A stretch of DNA of 63,448 nt, the filler included, from Hyphochytrium catenoides (lineage: Eukaryota > Protista > Hyphochytriomycota): assembly GCA_900088475.1 (NCBI GenBank). It is 12 parts of 12 records of this genome, joined end to end, with 100 filler letters (N's around TTAATTAATTAA, not from the genome) between each part and the next. Parts side by side here need not be neighbours in the genome. Positions count along the whole stretch, not along the records: positions 1 to 10,428 come from FLMG01002894.1; positions 10,529 to 17,477 come from FLMG01002314.1; 10 more parts are not named here. One strand, given 5' to 3'. The translations under genes and the position numbers were made by a program. The notes under the pieces were generated by a model. The model made no database searches and was not told where the DNA came from. It worked only from the letters and a program-made list of their open reading frames with translations. Positions 1 to 12,615 of this stretch are shown here, in pieces. Each line of letters starts with the position of its first letter. The stretch's first letter is position 1.

Positions 1-451
1 TATGATAGTAGCGAACAGAGAGAGGGATGGACTCAAAAGCGGTGTGATGAGAAGCGTGACTGGCTGCATAGGGCGCAGGCTAGGAGTTCCTCTTTCTCCG
101 CTGCAGCTGCCTCGGTGACGGAGAGCTGTCCTATAATACTTCTAGAATAATATGTGCCCTCCTTGCTGCTGGCGATTCACCTTGTCTTGCTTTGGCCAAA
201 AGTTCCAATCCACTAAGAAAGCGATGGATAGATGCAGTATGACCAATCGTCAAGAGCTAGGGACCTCATGCAAACATTCTCCCGTCTCCTAAGGCAGTCG
301 CGCAGCAGCAACTGTAGAAGCCTTCAAAGGACAAGGACGAAGTGCTGTGGGATCCCAACCATATCTCTTCTACTACTCGGGCGAAGATGATCGGTCATTC
401 ACCCTTCCGCTTCTCCCTTTCTTTCTCCTTCCTGCCTTACCACTTCCTGCT

Positions 452-2803
452 ATGACAACTGCTAAGAAAGGTAAGACTTTCCTCCCGCCTGGGGCCACAG
501 GCGCAGAGGACGCACAAGAAAGAAAGGAGACAAGAAGCCAAAACAGGCATTTGCACGAGGAAAGAAGAAAGGACTCTCTTCTTTCTGCTGTGGCTGCTGC
601 CAGCACACTGCTACATGATGGCCATGATAGAGCAGAGGCCACTCAAGAGAGAGTTGAGAATGCTGCGGAGATGATGATTCAGTGGGAGTTCGTTCCTCTT
701 ATGCCAGAGAGAGATGCGTCAGAAGAGTGCAGTACCGGGCAGGTTATTATAGACTTCAATACTTCTATCTGCAGCCTCTTCTTCGGACCGCTAGGTCATC
801 AGAGGTTCTTCAATAGCCTGTGGCGCTATAGACGACTCGTCACGTTCTCAGCGTTTATCTATAGTGCCTCTCTCTATGCGATCTGGTTCGCCTTGCTCCT
901 AGGAGAGACGGCAGGAAGCTATCTCTCTATCTTCGCTCTGGTTAGCTCGCTTCCAGGCCTCATCCAGGCCATCCTATGTCTCAACCCATTTCTCATTCGT
1001 AGCTCTATTCCCAACGTGCAGTTCTGGGTCATCTCTCTCTTAGTTGTGGCTATGTGGACCACAGCGGGGATCATGCTAGGTGGCATCCGAGGAGTGATTC
1101 TCTCTATTATTGGCACTGTCATTGACTTTATCTCTGGTCCTCTGAGAGACAGCTATCATTACCGCTTTAGATCCTCTGCAGCCAGCTTCTGGCGGTATCT
1201 CGTCGGGTTTATCTACCACGCCGTACTTGCGGGCAGCATGGTCTTCAGAGTCTTTCGAGGAGGCAGAGTCCTTCGATGGTCCTTGGGCTCCCGAGAGCTC
1301 ACTGGCGAGGACATTGTGGTGCATAGTGCAGGTACCATTGTCGTCTATATGGTCCAATGGCTGATCCATGGCCTTAGCTCGATCAAGAGGCGACTGCACG
1401 ATAGGAAGAGGAAAGGCGCGCAGAGCAAGGATGCACAGCAGAAGAAGCGGATCATTCGCTGCTCGACTCTTCAATGGCCTCTAGTCATCAGGCCCAGGAG
1501 CTGCCCTAGAACTCAGCAGAGCCCATCATCACTTGTGCAACAAGTGACATCTGATCAGCCGAAAGGACCAGCGGAAGGTGCTGCCAGGGCCCTCGTGCCG
1601 CTCATCATAAGTGCACCAAAGGCTTTCTCCTGCTCAATGAAGAGAACAACAAGTCTCTCTTTGCCTGGCCGGACTGACGAGGTTCCATTCTCCTTTGATA
1701 TCATCAGCTGGCGAGGACCAAAGCCGTTCTTCAAGAAGGTTAAGCCGACTCCGGGAGACGAACAAACTAGAAGAAAGAGCTCTGCTTCGTCGTCATTTGC
1801 AGGAGAGGGTAAGAACAACAAGATCCTGAACCAAGCACAAGCAGGACAACGAGAAAGATCACAAGCATCAATAGCTCCGAGCCTTCGACGGACGCTATTG
1901 CAGACTGTAGTGGCTCTTGGCGTATGTATGATACCTGCCGCTCTGTATCTAGGGAGTGAAAGACGGTCTTGCCAGCAACAATGCGACTCAGACTCGTGGC
2001 TCTTTTCCTCTCAGCTCCTGGCAAGCGTTGTCCTCCTCTGGAACTCTCTCTTCTTCATCTACGTCTGTTCCTTGATTAATATGCACATGCTCGGGCTCAT
2101 GTGTCGCTCTTCGTTTGACCTCTGGTTTCTCCTTCTTCAGACCCTGGCGCTTCTGTTCTCTCTTTGTGACGCCTTCGACTATGACGAACGCTGCATGGTG
2201 ATGTTATCGTGGAGTCTCCTGTATGTTGGCTGCCTGATCAGTGATGCCATCCTTCCCGCGCCTCAGCAACGAAGACAAGGGGAACAAGCGACAACACTCA
2301 TCACCAAGCCATTCTTAGGGTTCGCCGTCCTACTTCCTCTTCTTGCCACCCAGTGCTGGTTCCTCTATGACCTCTTTTTTCGCAATGGAAGCCTCCACCT
2401 GCGCTCCAGGACAATCTTTCACGTCACCAAGTATCTAGAGGACGGGGTGGCAGTAACGCAAGGCTCAACCTTGGCCATCACGACGGACAGCTTCATTATC
2501 GCGAGGCTGACCTCCATTATTGTCTTCTCTCTTCCGCTGCTTTACCATCTTGCCATCTCTTGCTCCTCCTCTTCCTTCAGTCTCTTCCCATCTGTCCTTC
2601 ATTCAAAGCCATCTCCACGTCAATCAACAGCAGACCTCCCACCACCTCACGGCCGGTCGCACGAAGATGATAAGAGCAACAGGAAGAACGAGTTACCTCT
2701 TCTGCAGTTGGTGGGCCCCAGTACCCCGCTATATTTTATCACGGGCTCCGTGTCTTACGAGGCACCGCTTAGAAACAACGTCGACCTGAAGGGCAAGGGT
2801 TAG
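452..2803 (+). CDS. Intronless multi-pass membrane protein (two TM bundles separated by a basic/Ser-rich loop); paralogue of 2995..5277
   Basis: 818-aa ORF from GTG 347; first ATG at 452. About 10 hydrophobic segments. Shares long motifs with the neighbouring ORF (WEFVPL, NVQFW, GIMLGGIRG, LAGSMVFRVFRGG, LGSRELTGEDIVV, TQCWFLY, GSVSYEAPLRN). Confidence 0.85.
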   Translation: MTTAKKGKTFLPPGATGAEDAQERKETRSQNRHLHEERRKDSLLSAVAAASTLLHDGHDRAEATQERVENAAEMMIQWEFVPLMPERDASEECSTGQVIIDFNTSICSLFFGPLGHQRFFNSLWRYRRLVTFSAFIYSASLYAIWFALLLGETAGSYLSIFALVSSLPGLIQAILCLNPFLIRSSIPNVQFWVISLLVVAMWTTAGIMLGGIRGVILSIIGTVIDFISGPLRDSYHYRFRSSAASFWRYLVGFIYHAVLAGSMVFRVFRGGRVLRWSLGSRELTGEDIVVHSAGTIVVYMVQWLIHGLSSIKRRLHDRKRKGAQSKDAQQKKRIIRCSTLQWPLVIRPRSCPRTQQSPSSLVQQVTSDQPKGPAEGAARALVPLIISAPKAFSCSMKRTTSLSLPGRTDEVPFSFDIISWRGPKPFFKKVKPTPGDEQTRRKSSASSSFAGEGKNNKILNQAQAGQRERSQASIAPSLRRTLLQTVVALGVCMIPAALYLGSERRSCQQQCDSDSWLFSSQLLASVVLLWNSLFFIYVCSLINMHMLGLMCRSSFDLWFLLLQTLALLFSLCDAFDYDERCMVMLSWSLLYVGCLISDAILPAPQQRRQGEQATTLITKPFLGFAVLLPLLATQCWFLYDLFFRNGSLHLRSRTIFHVTKYLEDGVAVTQGSTLAITTDSFIIARLTSIIVFSLPLLYHLAISCSSSSFSLFPSVLHSKPSPRQSTADLPPPHGRSHEDDKSNRKNELPLLQLVGPSTPLYFITGSVSYEAPLRNNVDLKGKG

Positions 2804-2994
2804 GGCGGCGGTAGAAGTGTCTGTCTATTTATAAAATGCTAGCTTTATCTATAAACAGCTTCAGCGGTTGCGATGTTCAGCAATAGGCGATATCTGACAA
2901 CTGGGGCTATCCATTCCAGTCTATTATACAGCAGCTGCTGCTCTTGATATCCAATCAGTTGCTTCTCTTGCACTCTCTGCCGGTTGCTTGTGAT

Positions 2995-5277
2995 CTATGT
3001 CTTCTTCTCTGTGACCACCGGAACGTTTCTGAGTGGGGCTTCATACGAAACGGAGCCATTGATAAAGTAGAGCAGACTGGCGGTCTCCTCATTGCTTGCT
3101 ACAAGCTTTTGCCCATCTACAGCTGCCGATGGTGCCGGTAGGTAGGCGGAGAATGAAGAAAGCGAAGAAGCAACTAACAGGTGGTAGAGCAGAGGGAGAG
3201 AAAAGGCGACGATACAGGTCAGGCGCGCCACAATAAAGCTGTCATTCGTTATATCAAGGTTGGCAACCACAGACGACAGCTGGTCCCCGTCCTGCACACC
3301 TTCTTCCAGGTGCTTTACGATATGGAAGAGCTTTCTGGAGCGCAGCTGGAGGCTGCCATCGCCAAAGATAAGCTCATAAAGGAACCAACACTGCGTCGAC
3401 AGAAGGGGAAAAAGGACTGCAAGGCCTAAGAACCTCTTGGTTATGGGGCACAACTCTCTTCGGCCGCTCCGTCCTCCCTCAGAACAAGGTAGGATAGCGT
3501 CACTGAACAAACAGGCAAGGTAGAGAAGGCACCACGCCAGTAAAACCGCAGACCGCTCATCGTATTGGAAGGCGTCAGAGAGGGACAGCAGGAGAGCTGC
3601 TGTCTGAAGAACGAGAAACCAAAAGTCGAAAGAGTACCGACAGATGAGCCTTACAATGCGGTTGTTCCATAGTGAGACAAGATAGAGAAAGGAGGCCGCA
3701 TTCCACGCTAGAGTGGCGTTAGAAAGGAACAGAGAAGAGGAGAGAGATCCGGATGTCTCACACTGACAAGATCTTTGCCTCATCCCCAGGTACAGAGCCG
3801 CAGGGATCATCCACACGCCCAATGCAACGACCAGCTGGACAATGAGGTGCTTGCTACTAGGGACCAAACGGTTTAGAAGGAGTGCTTCACAGGTTGTCTT
3901 GTTGGTCTGCTGGCTCTCCGTCCTAGATACATCCGTAGCTCTATTGCTGCCGCTCTTCTCTTTCAGCCTTTTCGACGGCACGACACGGACAGAAGAGTGA
4001 CCCTTTTTGATGATAGTCTTAGTACTGAAGCAGCTCCATCTTGTCTCCTCCTCCTGCACGAACAGGTCTTTGGGAGTGGAAATTATCAGAGGAGCCAGGC
4101 CCTCACTGCACGACGGGGTTGGAGACGCCGACGATGGTAGAAGACGGTTGTTGTCTCTAACAAAGCCTGCTCTTTCTGAAGATGATATACCTCTTCCTGA
4201 GCCTTGTTGCTTAGCAAGACGTGAGGTGAGCCTGATGGCAACCTGCCACTGCAATGTGGGGCAGGTCATAAGCCTCCTTCTTCTCGGACCCCTGTCCTGT
4301 CCTTGCTGCTTCTTTCCTCTGCTCAATCGGCGCTTGATGGAGTGAACTCCCGGCGTGATCCAAGGAATGACATAGATCACTAGTGTCCCAGCGCAATTGA
4401 CGACAATGTCCTCTCCTGTCAGCTCTCTCGATCCCAAGGCCCACCGCAGCAGAGTACCACCTCTGAATACCCTGAAAACCATGCTTCCTGCTAAAATCAT
4501 GTGATAAATCAGTCCAAGAACGTATGACAAGGACTGGATCGCTGGGGATCTGAACCGGAAGTGATAGCTGTCTTTCAGAGGACCGGCCATAATATCAATG
4601 AGCATGCCTCCTACGGAGAGGAAGCAGCCGCGTATGCCCCCAAGCATGATGCCAGCAGTGCTCCACATGACCAGAATGAGAAGGGAGATGGCCCAGAATT
4701 GTACATTGCGGATGGCAATCTTCAGTAAAGAGGGGTTAAGTCCAAGGAACACCTGAACGTTCGCGAGGAGAGGGCAAAGGAGAGAGAAGATGGCAAGATA
4801 GCTGCCCGCCGCTTCGCCTACGAGGAGAGTCAGGACAACAGATGCAAGACCAACGTTGTAGAGGAGGACAGACAGTCTTACAGTCCTCCTATACTTGCGG
4901 AAGCTATTGAAGAGCATTTTATGTGCAGCGTCACCAAGAAGTAAACTACAAAGAGAGGTGTTGAAGTTGATGACGGTCCCTGCTTCTGGGCTCACTCGCT
5001 CCTCTGTGCAGCTGAGAAGAGGGACAAACTCCCAGCACATATATACTTCTCTAGCTGAGGTCCGTTCATCATCCGTGTGGGGGGCTTCACCCTGATGCTG
5101 GTTGTGCCACAATAACCCAATGCTCTTTGTTGACTTTTTCACGTAAGCCTCCTTGGTGTCATCTTCTATCCGCCGGTCCGAAGGATGCCTTGCAGCTGAC
5201 ATCTTACCGTCTGCTTCTCCACCTACTTTTGCCGAGGATTCTGGAGGCAGGACGGCGGTATCCTTAGCCACCCTCAT
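2995..5277 (-). CDS. Intronless multi-pass membrane protein, convergent paralogue of 452..2803
   Basis: 760-aa ATG-started ORF, colinear with the + strand paralogue over most of its length. Confidence 0.85.
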   Translation of the reverse strand: MRVAKDTAVLPPESSAKVGGEADGKMSAARHPSDRRIEDDTKEAYVKKSTKSIGLLWHNQHQGEAPHTDDERTSAREVYMCWEFVPLLSCTEERVSPEAGTVINFNTSLCSLLLGDAAHKMLFNSFRKYRRTVRLSVLLYNVGLASVVLTLLVGEAAGSYLAIFSLLCPLLANVQVFLGLNPSLLKIAIRNVQFWAISLLILVMWSTAGIMLGGIRGCFLSVGGMLIDIMAGPLKDSYHFRFRSPAIQSLSYVLGLIYHMILAGSMVFRVFRGGTLLRWALGSRELTGEDIVVNCAGTLVIYVIPWITPGVHSIKRRLSRGKKQQGQDRGPRRRRLMTCPTLQWQVAIRLTSRLAKQQGSGRGISSSERAGFVRDNNRLLPSSASPTPSCSEGLAPLIISTPKDLFVQEEETRWSCFSTKTIIKKGHSSVRVVPSKRLKEKSGSNRATDVSRTESQQTNKTTCEALLLNRLVPSSKHLIVQLVVALGVWMIPAALYLGMRQRSCQCETSGSLSSSLFLSNATLAWNAASFLYLVSLWNNRIVRLICRYSFDFWFLVLQTAALLLSLSDAFQYDERSAVLLAWCLLYLACLFSDAILPCSEGGRSGRRELCPITKRFLGLAVLFPLLSTQCWFLYELIFGDGSLQLRSRKLFHIVKHLEEGVQDGDQLSSVVANLDITNDSFIVARLTCIVAFSLPLLYHLLVASSLSSFSAYLPAPSAAVDGQKLVASNEETASLLYFINGSVSYEAPLRNVPVVTEKKT

Positions 5278-5904
5278 CCCGCTCGTCTGAAGAGCGCATC
5301 AACTCATAGTAGCCAACGTGCCAGGCACAGCCCTCCGGTTGCTATCATCAGAGGTTAGCCCCTTGAATGTGGTGAGCTGGTGAAAGTACCTCCTAGTGCC
5401 AGTCATACACAGGTCATCAATTCCCCGTGCGCTTCTGACCCTAGCGCTCTAACCTAAGATTGTCCTTCATGGACGTCTTCACTCTTCCCTTTATCAAGGC
5501 GAGGAAGACTGCTGCTGGCAGACGGCGCGATCCTCTCCTCTTTTATATCTTTTCTAGAAATCCGTTGGTCCATCAGACCATGTTGTGTGAGACGACGGGT
5601 GACAGTGGCTGACCGGAAGGTTGACGGTACGGAGAAGAGTAAGAGCAGAAGCCGGCTGTCAGAGCGATGTGTTGATTATTCCTCCCAATTAGAAGAGTAT
5701 CTCACCTCTATGGAGAGCGAGATCAGAAGTGCTCCGGCTCCTCCTTATGAGTGCACCCACCAGTTGGTAGCTGGTGGACCACGCGGTGGACACCCTTCCT
5801 CGCCACACCGCCTGTCTCATGCTTACCTTCCACATCATCATCCTCTTAGTTGCTCTCCTCTCTCTTCCTCTCCATCATCGCTCTCTCTCTCTCTCTCTCT
5901 CTCT

Positions 5905-5958
<54 letters not shown>

Positions 5959-6845
5959 CCTTTCTCTCTCTTTCTCTATGAATATGTTCTTGATGAGCCG
6001 TGTAACGGACAAACCTGGCACTGACCAACAGTGGGACGCTAACGACCAGTAGCTGCCATGCCTTTCCGAAGCCACTGATGATTAGCTACGAGACGGGGGA
6101 AGGAAATTGGTGCACATATGCTGGACGTTAGCGGTCCGTATCACAACCCGTTATCCAGAGATCTGTTCATCTGTCCTACATCCACACGTTGAGCTCCTCA
6201 TAAAAAAAGTGAGTCTAGTTCCTACTAACTAGCAAGTCCTCGTCGCTCTTCTTGACGGCGGAGAGACGAACTAGCGGCCAACAAACGGCTGGTGAGCTAA
6301 AGAACGAGCATGACGCCAGTGGTGGTGCTCTCCTCGGGCCGTAGTAGCATTATGCCGTCTTCGTCGTTCTTCTTTCTTACCAGCCAACAACAAAACCTCA
6401 CCATGAAGAACCACGTTAGTCTTCCTCCTTCCTTTCCCCTTTTTTTTCGTTCTTCTCTTTATCTACCTCAGGATTGATAGTGACATTTTCCTCATGTAGC
6501 ATCCTCGTATGCTGCTTTAAATATGATCAGTGTGAGAATTCTTCTAGCCTAAAACGCTTTGCTTTCTGGTCTTCCTCTATCCCGGAGCGAAGAAACTCTT
6601 ACCGATGGCAGTGCTCAGCTCCTGGGAGAGCCTTAGCGGCTGTTCAAACAGAGTGTCTTCTTGGATCTTCTGGGAGAGAGCTTGAGCGGCTCTTCATCAT
6701 CCGGGGTGGCTTGGATTCTCATCTTCAGTCTTCCCACACTCTTCTTCTTCACCTAATATTCCTCATGAAGAGCGTAGCCTGACTTTCTCTGATACTCCCA
6801 ACATCGATCTGCGGTCCCACTTCGCGAAACGTTACTAATATCAGT

Positions 6846-9618
6846 CTAGTTCCTCCGTATCTTTTCCTCATCAGTGACCCATCCGCCGACAGTTCTCGCC
6901 GACCCAGGCGGAGAAGCTGCGGGATTGACTTTGTTGGTAGATCTCTTCGAAGACAGAAGACGAGCCCGCGTTTCTTGAAGTAGAAGTTCCCTCTTTGTGC
7001 CGTCTTTTCCTCTGCTGCTCAACGAGATGCCATCACCCATGAGCATTGCCCGCTGCACCAAGCGATTGAAAGGACCAAGACAGAGACGTAGCGCCTGCTC
7101 CTCAGCATTAGTAAACAGCTCCCTTTTCTTCAGCTCTCTTTCTTGTTCCGCTTCGGTTTCCTTAGAAGAGGAAGAAAGGACATGGAGTTTGTCCATAATG
7201 CTCCGCCGTACGGAGTCCTCTAAATTGAGCTCGCAAGGAGCATCTGTACCCCCAAAGGGAAAGAACATCAATGTTGCAAAAAAACGAAGAAGCTCCAATG
7301 TCGAGAGATAATTGAAGATTCACTCGAAGCGAAGAATAGGTGAGGTACAGAGAAGACCGTAAGTTCATGATCCGCAGCGAGAGAGCTTTTTTCTTATAAT
7401 AGCAGGTATGATGAAGAGAGGGTATGACGAGGGGAGGAGACATTGTTTGGAGGCTCAAGGTACACTATCATAGTGGCGTTTAAGGGGCAGGGAATTCCTC
7501 TGGCGTTTGTCGGTTGAAGCGTGGTGGCAGGGCTTACCTCTGACTATGAAGTCATTACAAATCTTTCTTGCGACTGCAGTCGCTGCTGCGCTGTCTCCGA
7601 CAAACTGTTTATAACCTAGAACTTCTTCATAGAAGAGCATATTCTCCACCTAAGAGTAACATGGCCAATCCACACCAGGCGAGAGAGTTAGCGAGAGTAA
7701 CATATTGCCTCTCGTTTCTATGTGGACAGAACCAAGAGAAAGACAAGTACATGGTCATGATGCATCATAGTGGTATGAACTTTGACCACAGAAGCTGTGT
7801 GAATGGACAGAAAGACGTCTCGCTCCGTTACCGCGAACTCCGTGACGAGGTACTCCTTGAAAAAGAGAAGAAGTGACGGGAATTGCAGCCTTGCGCGCAA
7901 GTCCGAGATTGACCTCACCGGCTATCAAAAAGAGAAAAATAGGCGTAAGACGACAACGGCATTACGAGGGAAAACTCGGATGGTGTCTCCATCCACCAAT
8001 GCCAAGAAACGCAAACTCATTGCGGAAAGGGTGGAGCAGAAGGAAGTTAAACGTGGTTAACCTAACGGCCGCTCCTTGGGATACTCTTAGCTAGTGATGT
8101 AAGAGGACAAGAAGACAGATTGTAGAAGAAACAAGGAGTTGATAGTCAAGAGTGTATGCAGTGGCGGCGGCAGCGGTAGGGATAGGTAATACCTGCAAGA
8201 AGCTGTTCTCCTTATCCTTCACATAATCACTAGGTTCCGCAGAAGGCGGCGCTCCCCACGCGAGAATTCTTTTCATTCCTCTCTTGAGTCGTTCAGCGGT
8301 TTCTGGGCTATCATCGCCCTTATCTTTCAGTCCATACGTTGCTGTTAAAGGCATTAGGCAGGCATGCCAGATATAGGAAACTGCCGCTAGGGCCCAAGCT
8401 CCTCTTCCCATAGCGAATGCCGTCTGACGAGCCGTGCTAGAAAGAGAGTGAGCTCCATCTCCCGCTGCCATAGAGGAGAACGGGGCGCCCAAGAGGAACC
8501 AAAAGAGGATCTTTCCCCAGTTCTCCTTGAGGCCGAAGGAGTCATCAATGTTCCTCATGAGATACGCGAAGACACCGTTGAGCAGAACTATGGACCACCA
8601 GACAAGAGAGACCAAGGTGACCTGACCAGAAAGAGTACGTAATAGCACGAAAGAGGAGGAAGACGATATAGATGAGACTTTGAAGGCTGACACACATCTA
8701 CATCCGAAAGGTATGGGAGGAAATAAAGGACAGCAATCTATCAAGCTATGGCGGGACTAAGAGAGCCAAAACACTGTTTACACTAGGTACTGGCCTTCTT
8801 ACCTCAGTAGGCGTTTTTCTTAAGCAGTGGTCGAGCCCCGCTTGCTCTACCAGCTCTTTTGTCTCCGTCCCATCTCCTCCACCAATATCATCATCAGAAG
8901 AGTCGGGGAGGAGGAGATCGTTGATCACTTCCGAGCGGTTGATAATGAGAATCAAAGTAGGAACGAAGAGCAGGATCCCACTCCCTGCCAAGGCCAAGGC
9001 AAGGGCCTTGTCTGAGATAAGAATGGAGAAGCGCGAGAAGAGGTTGCGACTCTCTTTATTGAGCATGGCACACTGAAGATTGTACAGGAACCAGTTGCGG
9101 AAGAGCTGGAGCATTGTCCCGATAAAGAAAGGAAAGAGCTCTACAGAGCGGCCAGCAAGAAGAGGTAAGCCAGGCTGCTGTTGTGCCGTTCGTTAGAAAG
9201 ATAGGCTCAGGTGATGATGAGAGTCACGTCTTAGGAGTAACTCAAGTCTAGAACGCTTCTGTCAGTGGAAGAGCAAGATGGAAGGAAATGAACGATAAAC
9301 ACCTCCGATCAATCAGGCTCAAGAGTCAAATGTGGCCATTGAAAGTCACCTACCGAAGTAAGACAAGAAGAGATGTAGACCGCAAGTCACTGGGAAGACA
9401 GTGTGAGCCATGTTCACGATGAAGAGACAAGCTCCCACCTGTGTCGAGATGGAGAGAAGCGGAGGACAGCAGCTAACAGGGAAGTAGTGCCGTCGGCACC
9501 ATAACAAGTAAGAAAGGATAGGAAGTGACAGAACGCTAAGAGCGATGAAAAGGATGAAGATGCCGGACCACAGGGAACTCAGAGACCCTACATACTGGTC
9601 CTGTGTTCTCATCCACAT
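6846..9618 (-). CDS. 7TM-RGS protein (membrane-anchored regulator of G-protein signalling), multi-exon
   Basis: N-terminal TM exons (9618-9354, ~9140-8800, ~8620-8190) with RRHYFPV and IDDSFGLKEN motifs. RGS domain spliced via GT-AG introns: FFKEYLVTEFA (ends 7832) | VENMLFYEEV...ARKICNDFIVR (7649-7538) | DAPCELNLEDSVRRSI...LFTNAEEQALRL (from 7243). Confidence 0.85.
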
Positions 9619-10472
9619 GCTGAACCTAGCTTGCTATAATCTGAGGGTTAACAGAAGAAGTAGTGAAGAGAGCTCTTCTTCCCGTGCCCCACAGAGACTC
9701 CAAGAGAACATCAGCACTCTCCTTCCGCCTACTTTCAGAACGAAAGCAGTGCCTTAGAATTACTGTTGTCGTGGTGGCGGAAGAGCAACAATGATGGCAG
9801 ATGGTAGGAGGAGAGTCTCATCCTTCGTCTTGAATGGACGCCGTGACTGGGAGGGAGAGTGCGAAGAAGTACTTGTCGTAGTAGCCAAGAAGATAAATGA
9901 AATTGGAGAGAAAAGAGAGAGAGAAAGGAGAGAGGAAGGGGGGTGAGAAGAGAAGAGAGAGAAAAGAGTGGGCGCCGGGCGCTCTTCTAGAGCGAGGTGG
10001 TGGTGGATACATCAGCAGAGGTGGAAACCAGTACCTTCTACTTTAAAAAAGGGCCCTAACGCCTGCGTGCCGGCAGGGGGATTGTTGCCTTCTCATACCG
10101 GACAGATAAAGTTCCTAGGGGCCTCACCTCCTTATTAGGAAGAGAGGGGACTCAAGAAGAATAATGAACCGTCTAGGAAGGAAGAAGAGAAGAACAGATA
10201 TGTTCGCTGTCTTACACTATTCTTTCTGCTAGATATCAGGACCACTGGATGTAGCGCTCCTCCTTCTTCTCCCTGTCCTCTTGCTGTGCCAACGGTATCA
10301 GTCCATCCCACGCCGCGTTGAAGAAGCTCTTCTTCTGTGCCTTCGTCCTCGTCGCATCTCTTCCTAGCTCTGGGCTGGGTAGTTTCACTATCCTCCCGGA
10401 CCCATCTCCATTCATCTCTCTCTCTCTCNNNNNNNNNNNNNNNNNNNNNNNNNNNNNNNNNNNNNNNNNNNN

Positions 10473-10484
10473 TTAATTAATTAA
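10473..10484. other. Artificial contig linker (also at 17522, 35914, 37992, 41104, 42473, 49706, 53154, 56672, 58843, 61319)
   Basis: TTAATTAATTAA (stops in all six frames) flanked by N runs. Confidence 0.98.
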
Positions 10485-10533
10485 NNNNNNNNNNNNNNNN
10501 NNNNNNNNNNNNNNNNNNNNNNNNNNNNAAGGG

Positions 10534-10575
<42 letters not shown>

Positions 10576-10827
10576 GGGAGAGAAAAAAGGGAGACAGAGA
10601 GAGAGGGCAGAAAGAGCGAGAGGGAGAGAGAAAACGTAAAGAAGAGAAAAGGGTGGGAAAGAGACCATGTGTTAGAAGGAGAGAGCAGAAAAATAAGTGG
10701 AGAAGGAGGCGCAAGAATAAAGAAAAATAAACTCAAAATGGGTGAGTGTGCGCAGAGACAGAGGAAAGGAGAGGAAGAGAGAGTAAAAGAAAGAGAAGAG
10801 AGTGCGAAAGAAAGTGAAGAGAGAGCC

Positions 10828-10876
<49 letters not shown>

Positions 10877-10892
10877 AAAAGGAGAATGACAC

Positions 10893-11080
10893 CTTCATGT
10901 GGGTGAACTCCTGCTGTGAGGAAGAGTCCCATGGAGAGACGAGAAGACCCTTTCAGACTCTTCACAAGCCTGAGCGCGGTTCTGCTCTCTCTCACACTCA
11001 CGCCAGTCACCACCACGCCACGCACTCCCTCTCTCTCCGCTCTCTCCAGGACTTCCAGAGCGTCAGATTGAAATTGCCTG

Positions 11081-11128
<48 letters not shown>

Positions 11129-11679
11129 CAGACAGACAGACAGAGAGAGAGAGAAAGAGAGGGAGAGAGAAGGAGAAGAGAGAGAGAGAGAAGGAGAGGG
11201 GAACAGAGAGAGAGAGAGATGGAAAATGGGAGGAGTTGAACAGACGAAGAGTGAGAGGGAGAAGATGAAAGAGCGCTGAGGGAGGAAGATGGAGAGAAGG
11301 GAGAGAGAAAGAGACAGAACGAGACGGAAAGAAAAAAAGAAAAAAAAAAGAGAGAGAGAGANNNNNNNNNNAGAGAGAGAGAGAGAGAGAGGAAGCAGAG
11401 AGAGGAGATAGCTATCGACGGAGCGGGAAAACATGTCAAGAGCCATTACCGGTGCGTGAGGTTGAGGCCAATGTCCACCAGCGGCGGAGAAGGTAAGCTG
11501 TCACGTTCTTCTTCCTTCTCCATTCTCTTCTCCTTCGCTTCTTTCTCTTCTCTCTCCGCCAATATCTCTTTCTTTCTCTCTCTCTGCTGGTGCGCTATTG
11601 TCCTGGTAATAACCTGGGAAAGAAGGTGTCTTTTCTGTCTCTCGAGGACCGTTCGGACCGATGCTCCTCGGTGCATCAA
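10893..11679 (-). CDS. tatD: TatD-family DNase, partial (3' exons lost at contig end)
   Basis: Exon ending 11450 (PPLVDIGLNLTH) splices in frame to exon 11077-10893 (RQFQSDALEVLERAEREGVRGVVVTGVS...TAGVHPHE): TatD DIGxNL and GVHPH motifs. Confidence 0.88.
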
Positions 11680-12041
11680 GCACTAGGAAGGGAGAGAGTT
11701 GGGTTGTGACGCTTCGGGATCTTTCTCTCTCTCTCTCTCTCCCCCTCTTTCTCTTTCTCTCTTACGCTCTACCAGCAGCTATCTCCTCTCCGTTTCTACG
11801 AATTTCTTTCTCTCTCTTTTTTTTCTCTCCCTCATCGTTGTCTGTCTCTCTCGTTCTTCCATCATTCCAACCTGGTGGTGCTCTCCCTCCCCCTCTCTCT
11901 CTCTCTCTCTCTCTACTCTGCCTCATGCTTTAGGTCTTCTCGACAATGAGAAAAATCCGCGAGGATTCAGCGGAGGCATAGGCCCGATCATTTTCCCCCA
12001 AGCGAGGGAACCTACACTCTCGCTCCTCCTCCTTATCTCGC

Positions 12042-12096
<55 letters not shown>

Positions 12097-12182
12097 CTCT
12101 TACTTTGTTTGCCCTTTCTCTCGCATCCGTTCAAAGCTCTCTCCCTCATCTTTCTAACCTCATCCCATTATCTTTCTCTCCA

Positions 12183-12219
<37 letters not shown>

Positions 12220-12517
12220 CTCTGAATCTTCTCTGGCTTGCCATTCTCTTCCCTCACTCGACGATTCTGTCTCTTCTACTCTGTGTGTGTTCTATAGTAT
12301 CTCCGTGTCTCTCGTCACTCTGTGTCACTGTAGGAGTGATTGTCTTTTCTGCCATCCCTGAAGAATGTTGGAGTTATTAGAGAATCAGACACTTGAATCA
12401 TTTAGAGAATCTATCCGTTTGATCAGAGTAATTGATAACTGTTGGGTTTGATCATAATATTCTTTTGGTGCTGACTTTCGAAAATTGGCGCGAAGCTCGT
12501 TGCACAACTAGGAAGGA

Positions 12518-12551
<34 letters not shown>

Positions 12552-12583
12552 NNNNNNNNNNNNNNNNNNNNNNNNNNGACAGA

Positions 12584-12615
<32 letters not shown>

